The notes: a model not told the origin generated them from the letters alone. Shown: positions 32,012-44,964, counted from the stretch's first letter. The stretch: DNA of 64,000 nt from Myxococcota bacterium (GCA_049322255.1 JBMORE010000054.1:62001-126000), one strand, 5' to 3'. Program-made: numbers and translations.

Positions 32012-32623
32012 TTGAGACAGGCACTTACACTCTCCCTCTCCCTGCTGCCGTGCATCGTTTTCGCCCAAGGGGAGGAGCGCTTGGCCAAGCTGCGTGAGGG
32101 GGCCGAGCCCTTGAGCGGGTTGGGGTCCTTTCTCGAGAAGTACGTGGGCGACTGTCCTCCCAAGGCGCTCGGGGGAGCGGAGTGCAGCCAAAACGCGGCG
32201 AGCTTCCGCGCGAAGGCGAACGGGAAAAAGTTCTACATGGTCGTCGCCGAGGACTCGGCGGTCATTTCGATGGGAGGCATCACCTCCGACGGAGGGTTCA
32301 CCCTCAACGTCACCCCGTTCTTCGGCGCCGCCGGCACTGCCCTCACCCACGGCGCGCCCTCACGAACGGACGCGAGCGGAAACCCGGTGCTGCCCTTCCT
32401 CCGGGTCAAAGGTACGGCGCCCGATGGGTTGAGCGCCGATTCGATCGCGCGCATGGCCTCGATGCGCACCTTACGGCTCGAGGTGGTGTTCACCCCTCAA
32501 GGGCTGTGGACCCTGCAGAAGAAAGGCGGGGGCAAAGTCACCGGGGTGAAGGGGAAGATCGAGGCGATGTGGGTGACGATCGGCAGGACAGGCCAAACCA
32601 TCGGCCACTGGCCGGCGCGCTGA
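32012..32623 (+). CDS. Exported myxobacterial hypothetical protein
   Basis: Signal peptide, Cys pair, host-like codon usage. Confidence 0.7.
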   Translation: MRQALTLSLSLLPCIVFAQGEERLAKLREGAEPLSGLGSFLEKYVGDCPPKALGGAECSQNAASFRAKANGKKFYMVVAEDSAVISMGGITSDGGFTLNVTPFFGAAGTALTHGAPSRTDASGNPVLPFLRVKGTAPDGLSADSIARMASMRTLRLEVVFTPQGLWTLQKKGGGKVTGVKGKIEAMWVTIGRTGQTIGHWPAR

Positions 32624-32628
32624 CAGCA

Positions 32629-34044
32629 TCACCCGCCTGGGCGAATCGCCACGTAGCGCACCATCTCCCCACGCTGGAAACGGACCAGAGCGGTCTGCTC
32701 CGCACCGCCGTGCTCCAGCGCGGCGCGGAATTGCCGGGTGTCTGCGACTTTGCGGCGGTTGACCTCGGAGATGATGTCTCCCGCCAAAAGCCCGGCTTGC
32801 TCCGCGGGGCTGTGCGGGAGGACTCCGGCGATCAGCACTCCCGTCGTCGCCTTCAACCCCAACCTCGCCGAGATGTCCGGCGTCAAGTCGCGCACCACCA
32901 CTCCCAGCTCGTCCACCCTCCCCGCGCTGAGCAACGACTGGAGCGCTTCGGGCGAAGGGCGCTCGGTCAATCTCACCGACACCTCCACCGGCGCACCTGC
33001 GCGGAGAATCGACAGGCGGGCCTCGCTCCCCGGCGCGAGGATGGCGACGCGCCGAAGCAACTCCAAATATGAGTCAATCGTCTTGCCGTTCACCGCGGTG
33101 ACCCGATCGCCCGGTTGAACTCCCCCGAGGGCGGCGGGGCTGCCCTTGAACACGTCCATCACCACCGCGCCCTTTTGCCCCGTCTGCGACGCCTGCTCGT
33201 GAATGTTCACGCCCAACCACCCGCGGGCGAGCCGCCCGTTGACCCGCAAGTTGGGCAGTAAGTCCTTCACCATGTTGATCGGCACCGCGAAGCCGATGCC
33301 CTGGCCCTGGCTGACGATGGCGGTGGTCACCCCCACCACCTCTCCGCGCATGTTGAAGAGCGGCCCCCCGGAGTTGCCTGGGTTGATCAACGCGTCGGTC
33401 TGAATGAAATCGTCGAACAGCCCCACGCCGATGACACGTTCTTTGGCGGAAATCATTCCGTGCACCACCGAATGGTCGAGACCGAAAGGGTTGCCGATCG
33501 CCAGCACCCAGTCGCCCACTTCGAGCGCGTCGCTGTCGCCCAGGAAGGTGGTGGGCAGCGTGCCCGCCCCGCCGCGCACTTTGAGCAGCGCCAGATCGGT
33601 CGAGGGGTCTTTCCCCACCACCTCTGCGGGCAGCTCGCGGCCGTCGGCGAGCATCACCCGAATCTGCCGGGCCTTCTCCACCACGTGGTTGTTGGTCACC
33701 ACGTACCCGTCGGGGCTGATGATGAACCCCGACCCCAGCGAGCGGCTGGCGAGCGGGAGCCCCCGAACGCTTTGCGAGTTGGTGGTGCTGATGTTCACCA
33801 CCCCGTCCCGCACCGCGCGAATGAGTGGCCCCATCGAGGTCGGCGGAACGAACCCGGGAATCGTCGTGTCCGGCTCCGGCCGCTCGCGGTAGAGCGCCGC
33901 CTCGGGCTTTTGCGGCAAAACCGCCTGCAGATGGTCGCGCTGCTCCTTCGCCCTCGCCTCCAGCCACTGGGTCACGTGCGCTGACACGCCCTCCGCCGCG
34001 GCAAGACCAGGCAAGAGGACGAGAGCGACGGCGGCAAGACGCAT
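32629..34044 (-). CDS. DegP/HtrA serine protease with two PDZ domains
   Basis: TNNHVV, DLAL, TDALINPGNSGG. Confidence 0.93.
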   Translation of the reverse strand: MRLAAVALVLLPGLAAAEGVSAHVTQWLEARAKEQRDHLQAVLPQKPEAALYRERPEPDTTIPGFVPPTSMGPLIRAVRDGVVNISTTNSQSVRGLPLASRSLGSGFIISPDGYVVTNNHVVEKARQIRVMLADGRELPAEVVGKDPSTDLALLKVRGGAGTLPTTFLGDSDALEVGDWVLAIGNPFGLDHSVVHGMISAKERVIGVGLFDDFIQTDALINPGNSGGPLFNMRGEVVGVTTAIVSQGQGIGFAVPINMVKDLLPNLRVNGRLARGWLGVNIHEQASQTGQKGAVVMDVFKGSPAALGGVQPGDRVTAVNGKTIDSYLELLRRVAILAPGSEARLSILRAGAPVEVSVRLTERPSPEALQSLLSAGRVDELGVVVRDLTPDISARLGLKATTGVLIAGVLPHSPAEQAGLLAGDIISEVNRRKVADTRQFRAALEHGGAEQTALVRFQRGEMVRYVAIRPGG

Positions 34045-34111
34045 GGAGGCTCGGTGGTTCAACACGCCCCGAGGTTACCTATTTCAGGCCAAAGCCGCTT
34101 CCACGTGACGC

Positions 34112-34351
34112 CTACTCGGAGGGGGCCGCCGCCTCGTGCCACCCGTGGTCCACCTGGCCGGTCTGTTCGTCGACGATCTCCACCTCGGCCGCGCGCAGCG
34201 AGTAATAGAGCAGCCAACGCTCCGCCGCCGTCAGCGTGCCCGGTGGCAATGCCGCCAAAATCTCCCGCACCGTCAGCCTCCCCTCCTTGATGCCCTTGGC
34301 GAAGAGCGCTTTGCGGGCCAGATAGCTGGCGCTGATCTTTGCCTCGTCCAT
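34112..34351 (-). CDS. Stand-alone sigma-70 region 1.1-like protein
   Basis: LFAKGIKEGRLTVREILAALP...VEIVD matches the r1.1 pattern L..kGk..G.LT..EI...LP...GIeVvd. Confidence 0.7.
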   Translation of the reverse strand: MDEAKISASYLARKALFAKGIKEGRLTVREILAALPPGTLTAAERWLLYYSLRAAEVEIVDEQTGQVDHGWHEAAAPSE

Positions 34352-34394
34352 GCGCACAACCTAATCCCCGAGGTCTCCCGCCGCACGACGGGGT

Positions 34395-36365
34395 TCAAGC
34401 GTGCGTGCCCCAGCCCTCTTCCTCGTGGTGGTGCGACAGGAGGGGCACTTCGGCGGTCACTTTGGGGCCGAGAATGACCACCAACTCCTCTTCCTCGAGC
34501 ACCTCGGCGGAAAGAAGCCGGGCGGCGAGCGACTCCACCTTGCCGCGATACTCCCGAAGAATCGCCCGGGCGCGCTCCATCGCCTCGGTCACCAGCTTGC
34601 GAATCTCCTCGTCGATGAGCTGGGCGGTGCGCTCGGAGTAGCCGCGCACTTCGGGCGGAATCGCCGAGCGCAAGAAGGCATGCCGCTCCTCTCCCAAGGA
34701 CACCGGGCCCAGCGAGCTCATGCCGTAGTCGCGCACCATCAGCTTGGCGATCTCGGTGGCTTGCTTGAAATCGTTGGCCGCCCCGGTGGAGATGGCGCCG
34801 ATGAACAGCTCCTCGGCGGCGCGCCCGCCCATCATGCCGGTCATCTTGTCGCGCAGCTCTTCCAAGGACATGAGGTAGCGATCTTCGAGCGGGAGCGAAA
34901 GGGTGTACCCCAGCGCCGCCAGCCCGCGCGGAATGATCGATACTTTGTGCACCCGCTCGGCGTGGGGGAGCATCCAACTCACCACTGCGTGGCCTGCTTC
35001 ATGGTGGGCGACGATTTCCTTCTCGCGCTCGTTCATGCGGCGGTTCTTCTTCTCCAGGCCGGCGACGACCCGCTCGATCGCCTCCTCGAAGTCGACCCGC
35101 AGCACCGCGACGTGGTTCTTGCGCGCCGCGAGTAGGGCCGCCTCGTTCACCACGTTGGCCAAGTCGGCGCCGGCGAAGCCCGGCGTGCGCGCGGCGATGC
35201 CTTTCAAGTCCACGTCGGGGCCGACCTTCACCTCCCGCGCGTGAATCTCGAGTATCCGCTCGCGCCCGCGCATGTCCGGCCGGTCGACCAGCACCTGGCG
35301 GTCGAAGCGCCCCGGGCGCAAGAGAGCGCTGTCGAGAATCTCGGGCCGGTTGGTGGCGGCGAGCACGATGAGGCCCACCCGCGCGTCGAACCCGTCCATC
35401 TCGGCCAAAAGCTGATTGAGCGTCTGCTCGCGCTCGTCGTGCCCGCCCGCGAAGCCACCGTTGCGGCTCTTGCCGATCGCGTCGAGCTCATCGATGAAGA
35501 CGATGCAAGGAGCCTTCGCCGCCGCCTGCGAGAAGAGGTCGCGCACCCGCGCCGCGCCCACCCCGACGAACATCTCCACGAACTCCGAGCCGGAGAGAGA
35601 GAAGAAGGGCACCCCCGCCTCACCCGCCACCGCGCGCGCGAGCAGCGTCTTGCCCGTCCCGGGAGGCCCCACCAGCAAGACGCCCTTGGGAATTCGCCCG
35701 CCCAGCCGGCGGAATTTTTCCGGGGTTTTGAGGAACTCGACGATTTCTTTCAGCTCTTCCACCGCCTCGTCGATGCCCGCCACGTCCTTGAAGCCCACGC
35801 CGGTGTCCGACTCGGAGCGGATCTTCGCCCGCGACTTGCCGAAGCTCATCACGCTCTGCGGGCCCTGACCGATGCCGCCGGCCATGCGCCGCATCATGAA
35901 GCTCCAGAAGAGGAAGACCAGCCCGAGCGGGAGCACCCAAATCCACAGCGCCTGGGCGAGCCCCGAGTCGGGCACCGCCTCGTATTGAACGCCTTTCTCT
36001 TCGAGGAGCGGCACCAGCTCGTCATCGCCTTGGACGCGGTTGGCCATCCACGGGAGCGCACCCGGCTCGGAGCGCAAGACCTGCCCGTCGGGAGGGGCGG
36101 AGACGGTGCCCGGGGGCAAGTAACCCTTCACCCAATCGTTCGAGAGCTGCACCCGCTCGAACTTGTCCTCGGCGACCGCCTGCTTGAACTGGCTGTACGA
36201 CACCTTCCGCACGCCGGCGTCCTGGAAGAAGTTGCGGAAGAGGAGAAACCCCAGCACCAAAAGGAGCACGTAGCCCAGCGGGGACCCGAAGCGAGGCAGC
36301 TTGGGCCCGGCCGGCGGCTTGTCGTGCTTTTTGCCCCTCGGGTTGATGCTGGGAACTTGACTCAT
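34395..36365 (-). CDS. ftsH: ATP-dependent zinc metalloprotease FtsH (second copy, FtsH-D-like)
   Basis: Two TMs, [25 protein letters not shown]. Confidence 0.95.
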   Translation of the reverse strand: MSQVPSINPRGKKHDKPPAGPKLPRFGSPLGYVLLLVLGFLLFRNFFQDAGVRKVSYSQFKQAVAEDKFERVQLSNDWVKGYLPPGTVSAPPDGQVLRSEPGALPWMANRVQGDDELVPLLEEKGVQYEAVPDSGLAQALWIWVLPLGLVFLFWSFMMRRMAGGIGQGPQSVMSFGKSRAKIRSESDTGVGFKDVAGIDEAVEELKEIVEFLKTPEKFRRLGGRIPKGVLLVGPPGTGKTLLARAVAGEAGVPFFSLSGSEFVEMFVGVGAARVRDLFSQAAAKAPCIVFIDELDAIGKSRNGGFAGGHDEREQTLNQLLAEMDGFDARVGLIVLAATNRPEILDSALLRPGRFDRQVLVDRPDMRGRERILEIHAREVKVGPDVDLKGIAARTPGFAGADLANVVNEAALLAARKNHVAVLRVDFEEAIERVVAGLEKKNRRMNEREKEIVAHHEAGHAVVSWMLPHAERVHKVSIIPRGLAALGYTLSLPLEDRYLMSLEELRDKMTGMMGGRAAEELFIGAISTGAANDFKQATEIAKLMVRDYGMSSLGPVSLGEERHAFLRSAIPPEVRGYSERTAQLIDEEIRKLVTEAMERARAILREYRGKVESLAARLLSAEVLEEEELVVILGPKVTAEVPLLSHHHEEEGWGTHA

Positions 36366-36456
36366 CTAGCGCACACTCCCCCTCCTCGTGGCTTGGGGAA
36401 GATGTGCACCCGAGCGTCGATTTCAAGCAGAGCCAACGTCGGGTGATGAACCCTCG

Positions 36457-36864
36457 TCAGTGGTCGAGGTCCAAAAGCTTTTCCAGGGTGCGGGCGTCGG
36501 CGTCGGGGAATTTGTACTGGCTCATCTCTTCCAGGGTGACCCAGCGGTGGTCGTGCACCCGGAGATGCGTGATGGCGCTTTCGTCAGAGACGAGCCGGCA
36601 GCGGAAGACGCGAAAATCGATGTCGTAATGCGGGTACTCGTGGTGGGTGTGCATCGCCTGCTCGCCGACCTCGACGTCGATGCCCATCTCCTCCTTGAGC
36701 TCGCGGGCGAGCGCCTCCTCGTCGCTCTCGCCCTCCTGCACCCGGCCGCCAGGGAACTCCCACAAAAGCGGCAGCGAGGCCTTGGCCGGGCGCTGGGTGA
36801 TGAGGTAGCGGCCTCCGTCTTTTTCGAGCATCGCGCCCACCACGCGGATCTGACGGCGAGTCAT
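36457..36864 (-). CDS. MutT-like NUDIX hydrolase
   Basis: WEFPGGRVQEGESDEEALARELKEEMG Nudix box. Confidence 0.9.
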   Translation of the reverse strand: MTRRQIRVVGAMLEKDGGRYLITQRPAKASLPLLWEFPGGRVQEGESDEEALARELKEEMGIDVEVGEQAMHTHHEYPHYDIDFRVFRCRLVSDESAITHLRVHDHRWVTLEEMSQYKFPDADARTLEKLLDLDH

Positions 36865-36978
36865 GCGTCCTCCGAAGGGCCTTCGAGCTAGCACGCCTGA
36901 CTGGCTGGGTACAGACCAGGGAACCGGCTTCGTTGGGCGCTGTCGAAGGCGATTGTCCTTCAGCCCAAAGGAGCCGCC

Positions 36979-38754
36979 ATGCGCCGCGTTCGCATCGTCC
37001 TGACAGTTGCTGGTTTGAGCCTCGCCGCCGTCGGCGTGCTCGCGGTCATCAGCGAAGTGGAGAAAGAACCAGCGCCGGCAACGCCGCCCGCTGAACCGCT
37101 CACTCCGACGGCGAACAAAGGCCAACCGAAATTGACGAAGGCACCGGTGGTGCTCAGAGCGACGAGCCGCCCCGAACCTGCTCTTTCCCATCGATCGAAG
37201 GCGGAAAGCGAAGCACCGCGGCTGCGAAACATCGTGGGCGAGAAGAGAACGGACGCCCTGCTGGGCATCGGTGGAATCGGTACGAGAGGCAGCGGGGGAG
37301 GCAGCGGCGCGTACGGACAATCCTACGGCGGTACGGGCGGTGCGGCCGGCGCGCTGGTGGGGGTGTTCGGTGGTGGGCGGGAGTCGGGAGGCGGCGAGGG
37401 CTACACCCACTACGGAGTCAACGCGTTCGTCACCACGGCCGAGGATCGACTCTCCACCTTCGCGGTGGACGTGGACACCGCCTCGTACGCCATCGCCCGG
37501 CGCAAGCTTCTCGAGGGCACGCTCCCGCCACCCAGCTCGGTGCGGGTGGAGGAGTTCTTGAACTACTTCCGCTACCGCTACCCGGAGCCAACGTCCGGAG
37601 CGCTCGCCGTTCACCTCGATGCCGCGCCCTCTCCGTACACCCCCGGCCGGCACCTGCTCCGCGTCGGCGTGCAGGGCAAGCGCCTGGAGGTAAACCAGCG
37701 AAAGACGGCGCACCTCACCTTCCTGGTCGACGTCTCCGGCTCGATGCAATCTCCTGACAAGCTCCCGCTGGCCAAGCGTGCCCTGCGGATGCTGGTGGAC
37801 AACCTGCGCGATGGCGACACGGTAGCGCTGGTCACCTACGCCGGGCACGTGAAGCTGGCGCTCCCGCCCACGGGGCTCGAGAAGAAGGCGGTCATTCACC
37901 AGGCGATCGAAGAGCTCTCCGCCGGCGGCTCGACCGCCATGGCCTCGGGCATCGAGCTCGCCTACCAGCAGGCGATGAAGACGCTCGATGGGCAATCGCT
38001 CTCGCGGGTCATCATCCTCTCCGACGGCGACGCCAACGTGGGGCCGACTTCGCACGAGGACATCCTCCGGCTCATCCGGGGGTACGTGAAAGAAGGCATC
38101 ACCGTCACCACGGTCGGCTTCGGCATGGGCAACTACCAGGACACCTTGATGGAGCAGTTCGCCAACAAGGGCAACGGCAACCACTTCTACGTCGACTCCT
38201 TGATGCAGGCGCGGCGGGTGTTTCAGGAGCAGCTGGGTGGCACGCTCGAGGTCATCGCTCAGGACGTGAAGATTCAAGTCGACTTCGACCCTGAGCAGGT
38301 CGAGCGCTACCGGTTGATTGGCTACGAGAACCGGGACATCGCCGACCAGGACTTTCGTAACGACAAGGTGGACGCGGGAGAGATCGGCGCCGGGCACAGC
38401 GTGACCGCGCTCTACGAGCTCACGCTTCGACCGGATGCGGGAGAGGGCCTCGCCACCGTCCGCGTGCGCGCCAAGCCTCCGCGGCAAAGCAAGGCGAGCG
38501 AAGCCATTTTCCCTTTCCGCGCCTCGGCGCTGGCGCCGAGTCTCGACGGGGCGAGTGCGGACTTGCGCTTTGCCGCCGCGGTGATGGGCGCGGCGGAGAT
38601 TTTCCGCCAAAGCCCGCACGCCAAGACCTGGAGCTACGACCAAGTCTTGCGGTTGGCCAAGGGCGCCACGCCGCCGGGCAACGCCGAGCGCTCCGAATTC
38701 ATCGCTCTGCTCGAGCGGGCCCGTTCACTCGTGGGCCCTGTCGCCTCCCGTTAA
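36979..38754 (+). CDS. YfbK-like VWA domain protein
   Basis: STFAVDVDTASY, VRVEEFLNYF, DVSGSM MIDAS, YRLIGYENR, DAGEIGAGH. Confidence 0.9.
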   Translation: MRRVRIVLTVAGLSLAAVGVLAVISEVEKEPAPATPPAEPLTPTANKGQPKLTKAPVVLRATSRPEPALSHRSKAESEAPRLRNIVGEKRTDALLGIGGIGTRGSGGGSGAYGQSYGGTGGAAGALVGVFGGGRESGGGEGYTHYGVNAFVTTAEDRLSTFAVDVDTASYAIARRKLLEGTLPPPSSVRVEEFLNYFRYRYPEPTSGALAVHLDAAPSPYTPGRHLLRVGVQGKRLEVNQRKTAHLTFLVDVSGSMQSPDKLPLAKRALRMLVDNLRDGDTVALVTYAGHVKLALPPTGLEKKAVIHQAIEELSAGGSTAMASGIELAYQQAMKTLDGQSLSRVIILSDGDANVGPTSHEDILRLIRGYVKEGITVTTVGFGMGNYQDTLMEQFANKGNGNHFYVDSLMQARRVFQEQLGGTLEVIAQDVKIQVDFDPEQVERYRLIGYENRDIADQDFRNDKVDAGEIGAGHSVTALYELTLRPDAGEGLATVRVRAKPPRQSKASEAIFPFRASALAPSLDGASADLRFAAAVMGAAEIFRQSPHAKTWSYDQVLRLAKGATPPGNAERSEFIALLERARSLVGPVASR

Positions 38755-38761
38755 CACTTCT

Positions 38762-38854
38762 CCCCTCTCCCCGTGGGAGAGGGAAAGGGTGAGGGAACTT
38801 TAAGCTCGTGAGCTCGACTCCCCTCACCCCCGCCCTCTCCCAAAGGGAGAGGGA
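38762..38854. repeat. Inverted pair of REP-like palindromes
   Basis: 38762-38796 and 38820-38854. Confidence 0.85.
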
Positions 38855-38872
38855 GTGTAGAGTCTTGGGCCC

Positions 38873-40258
38873 ATGGCTTCCCTCCACTTCCTCGGCGCCG
38901 CAGGCACCGTCACCGGCTCGCGCTTCCTCCTCGAACACGACGACCGGCGGGTGCTGGTGGACTGCGGGCTCTTCCAGGGCCTCAAGGAGCTGCGGCTGCG
39001 CAACTGGGATCCGCTGCCGATCGACGCCAAGAGCATCGATGCGGTGGTGCTCACCCACGCGCACATCGACCACACCGGCGGCCTGCCCCGCTTCGTGCGC
39101 GAGGGCTTTCGCGGCCCGGTGTACAGCACCCCGGGTACGCGCGACCTCTCCTCGCTTTTGTTACCCGATTCGGCACGGCTGCAAGAAGAAGAGGCGCGCT
39201 ACGCCAACCAGCGCAAGTACTCCAAGCACACCCCCGCCCTCCCCCTCTACGGCAGCGAGGATGCCGAGCGTGCGCTCACCCTCTTCGAGACCTTCAGCTA
39301 CGAGCGCACCAAGGAGATTCTCCCCGGCATCTCTTTGCGCTTCGCACGCGCAGGGCACATCCTCGGCTCGGCGGTGTGCATCTTCGAGCTGAGCGCGACC
39401 AAGCAGCGCCTGGTCTTCACCGGAGACCTGGGGCGCTACGGCGCTCCGATCCTGCGCGACCCGGAGCGGGTCGAATGGGCCACCACCCTGGTCGCCGAGA
39501 GCACCTACGGCGACCGTACCCACGGCGAGACCCGGCCGGTCGACACACTCGCCTCCGCGGTGAACGAGGCGGTGCAGCGCCGGGGAATGGTGGTCATCCC
39601 CGCGTTCGCCATCGGCCGCACCCAGGAAATTCTCTACTACCTGCGCCACCTCGAAGCGGAGCAGCGCATCCCCGTGCTCGACGTCTTCGTCGACTCGCCC
39701 ATGGCCTGCGACGCCACGCCCATCTACATGGCGCACGTCACCGAGCACGACATCGACATGCAGGAAATCACCAATCAGGGCGGCGGCCTGCGCACCGAGC
39801 GCACGCAGTTCGTACGCTCGGCGGAAAAGAGCAAGCGGCTCAACGCCCACAAGGGGCCGGGGATCATCATCTCTGCGAGCGGCATGGCGACCGGCGGCCG
39901 CATTCTCCACCACCTCAAGCACCGCCTGCCCAAGCCGGAGAACACGGTGCTCTTCGTCGGCTATCAATCGGTGGGCACCCGGGGGCGCCGCATGCTCGAC
40001 GGGGAGAAGGAGATCAAAATCCACGGCGAGATGGTGCCGGTGCGCGCCAAGCTCTCCCAGGTGAGCGGATTTTCCGCCCACGCCGACTGGAAGGAGATGC
40101 TCCGGTGGATGGACGGCTTCCGTTCACCACCGCGGCAGACCTTGCTCGTGCATGGCGAGCCGAGCGCGCTCATTGCGCTGAAAGAGCGGCTGGACGAAAG
40201 AAAGTGGCCCGCCTACGTGCCCGCCTATTTGGAGAAGGTCGAGCTGGCGGTCCCTTAG
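38873..40258 (+). CDS. Metallo-beta-lactamase/beta-CASP ribonuclease
   Basis: VTGS, THAHIDH, AGHILG, ESTYG, SAHAD, VHGE. Confidence 0.92.
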   Translation: MASLHFLGAAGTVTGSRFLLEHDDRRVLVDCGLFQGLKELRLRNWDPLPIDAKSIDAVVLTHAHIDHTGGLPRFVREGFRGPVYSTPGTRDLSSLLLPDSARLQEEEARYANQRKYSKHTPALPLYGSEDAERALTLFETFSYERTKEILPGISLRFARAGHILGSAVCIFELSATKQRLVFTGDLGRYGAPILRDPERVEWATTLVAESTYGDRTHGETRPVDTLASAVNEAVQRRGMVVIPAFAIGRTQEILYYLRHLEAEQRIPVLDVFVDSPMACDATPIYMAHVTEHDIDMQEITNQGGGLRTERTQFVRSAEKSKRLNAHKGPGIIISASGMATGGRILHHLKHRLPKPENTVLFVGYQSVGTRGRRMLDGEKEIKIHGEMVPVRAKLSQVSGFSAHADWKEMLRWMDGFRSPPRQTLLVHGEPSALIALKERLDERKWPAYVPAYLEKVELAVP

Positions 40259-40488
40259 GGCTTTTGCCCTGCGTCCACCTCCACGCGCGGAACCTCGAGC
40301 CGGGGCAGCTCGCGGGTGAGCTCCCGCATTCCTACCGGACGTGCTCCTTCGGGCGAAAGCCGCTTGAGAGGAGCCGTCGCGGGTGGAGAAGGTGACGCAG
40401 AAGCCGGCGGCTCCTTGCCGAATGTGGCGAGGAGCAGCACCGCCGCGCCAAAACCAATCAGTGCTCCCAGCACGACATTCCGCATCAT
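40255..40488 (-). CDS. Small membrane-anchored hypothetical protein
   Basis: [24 protein letters not shown] plus Pro-rich tail; GGAG RBS. Confidence 0.55.
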   Translation of the reverse strand: MMRNVVLGALIGFGAAVLLLATFGKEPPASASPSPPATAPLKRLSPEGARPVGMRELTRELPRLEVPRVEVDAGQKP

Positions 40489-40570
40489 CGGGCGATTCTC
40501 TCCGTCCTCCGCGTGGCCGACGCAAGGTGTAGCATCGCCCCTCGCTCCGAAGGGTAAGAAAGGTGAGCCG

Positions 40571-42453
<1,883 letters not shown>

Positions 42454-42455
42454 AC

Positions 42456-42489
42456 CCTCTCCCTCTGGGAGAGGGCAAGGGTGAGGGGA
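42456..42489. repeat. REP-like palindrome
   Basis: CCCTCTCCCTCTGGGAGAGGGCAAGGGTGAGGGG between hutU and hutI. Confidence 0.85.
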
Positions 42490-42498
42490 CCGTGACAT

Positions 42499-43761
42499 AT
42501 GACTTTCGACTTGCTGATCAAAAACACCTCCGAGGTCGTCACCGCGAGCGGAAGCTTCACCGATGCCGCTGAGCGGGGGCTCGCTCCCATTGCCCGCGGA
42601 GCGGTGGGCGTGGTGGAGGGGCGCCTCGCCTACGTCGGTGTGGAGGAGGCACTCCCCGCTGATGCAGTGGGGCCGAAGACCCAAGTGATCGACGCCCGCG
42701 GTGGCTTCGTCGGCCCCGGGCTGGTCGACCCGCACACCCATCTGGTGTTCGCCGGCGAGCGCGCCTCGGAGCTCGCCTTGCGATGCCGGGGAGCGAGCTA
42801 CCTGGAGATCGCTCAAGCGGGGGGCGGAATCATGAGCACCGTCCGCGCCACCCGCGCAGCCTCGGAGGAGGAGTTGGTCGCCCTGGCGCTTCCACGCCTG
42901 CGCCGCCTCTTGTCGCAAGGGGTGACCACCGCGGAGGTGAAGAGCGGCTACGGGCTCAACCTCGACGACGAGCTGAAGATGCTCCGGGTGGTGCGCCGGC
43001 TGAATACGGCACAGCCGATCGAGCTATGGCCCACGCTCTTGTGCGCCCACGCCGTTCCCGAGGAGCACCAGGCCGATCGCGCCCGCTACGTCGCCCTATG
43101 CGTCGATGAGATCATCCCCGCGGTCACCGAGGCGAAGCTCGCGCGCTATTGCGACGCCTTCGTCGAGGAGGGCGCCTTCACCGCCGACGAGGCCTGGCGC
43201 ATTCTGACGGCGGCGAAGCGCATGGGCCTCGTTCCCCGGCTGCACGTCGATCAGCTCTCCTCTGGCCAAGGAGCGGAGCTCGCCGCGGAGCTCGGTGCGG
43301 CCACTGCCGATCACCTCGAGCAGGTTTCTCCTCAGGGTATCGCCGCGCTGGCGCGGGCCAAGGTGAGCGCGGTGCTGGTGCCGACTTCCACCCTCTTCCT
43401 TCGCGCCAAACCGTACGCGCCCGGCCGTGCGCTGCGCGACGCAGGCGTCAACGTGGCGCTGGCGACCAACGTCAACCCCGGCTCGGCGATGACCGAAAAC
43501 GTGTCCCTGGCGATGGGCCTGGCCTGCCTGGAGAACGGGCTCACCGCCGCCGAGGCCTACTGGGGCTTCACCCGCGGCGCCGCGCTGGCCTTGGGCCTTG
43601 CCGACGTCGGTAAGCTGCAGCCTGGAGGAGACGCCGACCTCGTCGTCTACGGCGTTCCCAGCTACCAGCACCTGCCATACCGGCTGGGGATGAACGAGGC
43701 GCGCGTGGTGATCAAGGCAGGCAAGGTCGTCGCGCGCGCAGATGACTACTTCTCGGTATAA
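42499..43761 (+). CDS. hutI: Imidazolonepropionase
   Basis: PGLVDPHTHLVF, GGGIMSTV, EVKSGYGL, ADHLE, NPGS. Confidence 0.93.
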   Translation: MTFDLLIKNTSEVVTASGSFTDAAERGLAPIARGAVGVVEGRLAYVGVEEALPADAVGPKTQVIDARGGFVGPGLVDPHTHLVFAGERASELALRCRGASYLEIAQAGGGIMSTVRATRAASEEELVALALPRLRRLLSQGVTTAEVKSGYGLNLDDELKMLRVVRRLNTAQPIELWPTLLCAHAVPEEHQADRARYVALCVDEIIPAVTEAKLARYCDAFVEEGAFTADEAWRILTAAKRMGLVPRLHVDQLSSGQGAELAAELGAATADHLEQVSPQGIAALARAKVSAVLVPTSTLFLRAKPYAPGRALRDAGVNVALATNVNPGSAMTENVSLAMGLACLENGLTAAEAYWGFTRGAALALGLADVGKLQPGGDADLVVYGVPSYQHLPYRLGMNEARVVIKAGKVVARADDYFSV

Positions 43762-43769
43762 CCCAACTC

Positions 43770-44573
43770 GTGTGCCGGCTGTTCTGCTTCCGCTCCGATG
43801 TGGCCGCCAAGGTTCACCACTCGCTCGTCGTCGCGCCCAACTCGCTGCGTTTCCAGTCGAACGAGCACCAGGACGGTTGGGGCATCGCCTACTGGGCGAA
43901 CGAAAGGGCCTGTGTGGCCAAGGGCCTCTCTCCCGCGCACAGCGACCCAGAGTTCGAGCGGGTGAGCGGCCAATTTCAGTCGCCCACGGTCCTCGCCCAC
44001 GTCAGGCGCGCCTCGGTGGGGGCGGTGCATTTGCGCAACGCGCACCCTTTTCTTCACGGAGGTTACGCTTTTGCGCACAACGGCACCTTGCGAGAGTTCT
44101 CGAAGCATCAGCCCGAGGTGGAGGCGCTGATCGACCTCGACTTGCGCGACGAAGTGAAGGGAGAGACCGACTCGGAGCGCTGCTTCTACGTCTTTCTCTC
44201 CCGCTTGCGCTCCCTCGTTTCCGGACAAATTCCCAACGTTACGCAGGTAGCCGCCGCGCTCGCCCACACGATGCGCGCGCTCTCGGCGATCGCCGATGTC
44301 GCTGGCGAAGAGCCGTCGTCCATGAATTTCGCGGTCACCAACGGCCTGTGGATGGTCGCCACCCGCCGCCGGCGCAGCCTGTTCTTCTCCGAGTGGAAGA
44401 AGAAGGCCGACTCTCCGCATGCGCACCCCGTGTTCGGCTCTCGTGTCGCCCAGTTGGTCATCGCCAGCGAGAAGGTCTCGGCGGAGGACCATTGGTACGA
44501 GGTGCCGGAAGACGGAATCGTCGGCGTCGACGAACGGCTGGTGTTCCGCCAGTGGAAGACGTCCGACCTATGA
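43770..44573 (+). CDS. Class II glutamine amidotransferase (EgtC/Dug3-like Ntn hydrolase)
   Basis: N-terminal CR, DGWG, HVRRAS, NAHPF, HNG, TDSE. Confidence 0.88.
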   Translation: MCRLFCFRSDVAAKVHHSLVVAPNSLRFQSNEHQDGWGIAYWANERACVAKGLSPAHSDPEFERVSGQFQSPTVLAHVRRASVGAVHLRNAHPFLHGGYAFAHNGTLREFSKHQPEVEALIDLDLRDEVKGETDSERCFYVFLSRLRSLVSGQIPNVTQVAAALAHTMRALSAIADVAGEEPSSMNFAVTNGLWMVATRRRRSLFFSEWKKKADSPHAHPVFGSRVAQLVIASEKVSAEDHWYEVPEDGIVGVDERLVFRQWKTSDL

Positions 44574-44619
44574 AGGGCCAACATTGCAGCAGAGGGTAGG
44601 CACGCCTATCGTTCCGGCC

Positions 44620-44964
44620 GTGGAGCCCGGTACATCTGTAATTCCCCCCTTCGTCCTCGATCCGCTGCGCGAGCTGAAGCGCAGGTTGGCCAAACGGTTT
44701 GGACCTCGGTTGGCGGACGTCAGATTGTACGGCTCTTGGGCGCGTGGGGAGCCTCGAGTCGGCTCGGATGTTGACGTCTTGGTGCTGATCCACGGCTGCA
44801 CGCGAGAGGACGTACGCGAGGTGTCGCGCATCGAAGTAGAGCTGATGCTTGACTTGGGGGCCACCTTCTCCGTCCAAGTCATGTCCACAGAGGAGCTCCG
44901 CTTCCTGGAAAGTCGAGAGGTCGGCTTTGCGCTCGACGTCCAGCAAGAAGGAATTTCGGTGTGA
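44620..44964 (+). CDS. Minimal nucleotidyltransferase (MNT), start uncertain
   Basis: LYGSWARGE...SDVDVLV. Confidence 0.85.
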   Translation: MEPGTSVIPPFVLDPLRELKRRLAKRFGPRLADVRLYGSWARGEPRVGSDVDVLVLIHGCTREDVREVSRIEVELMLDLGATFSVQVMSTEELRFLESREVGFALDVQQEGISV

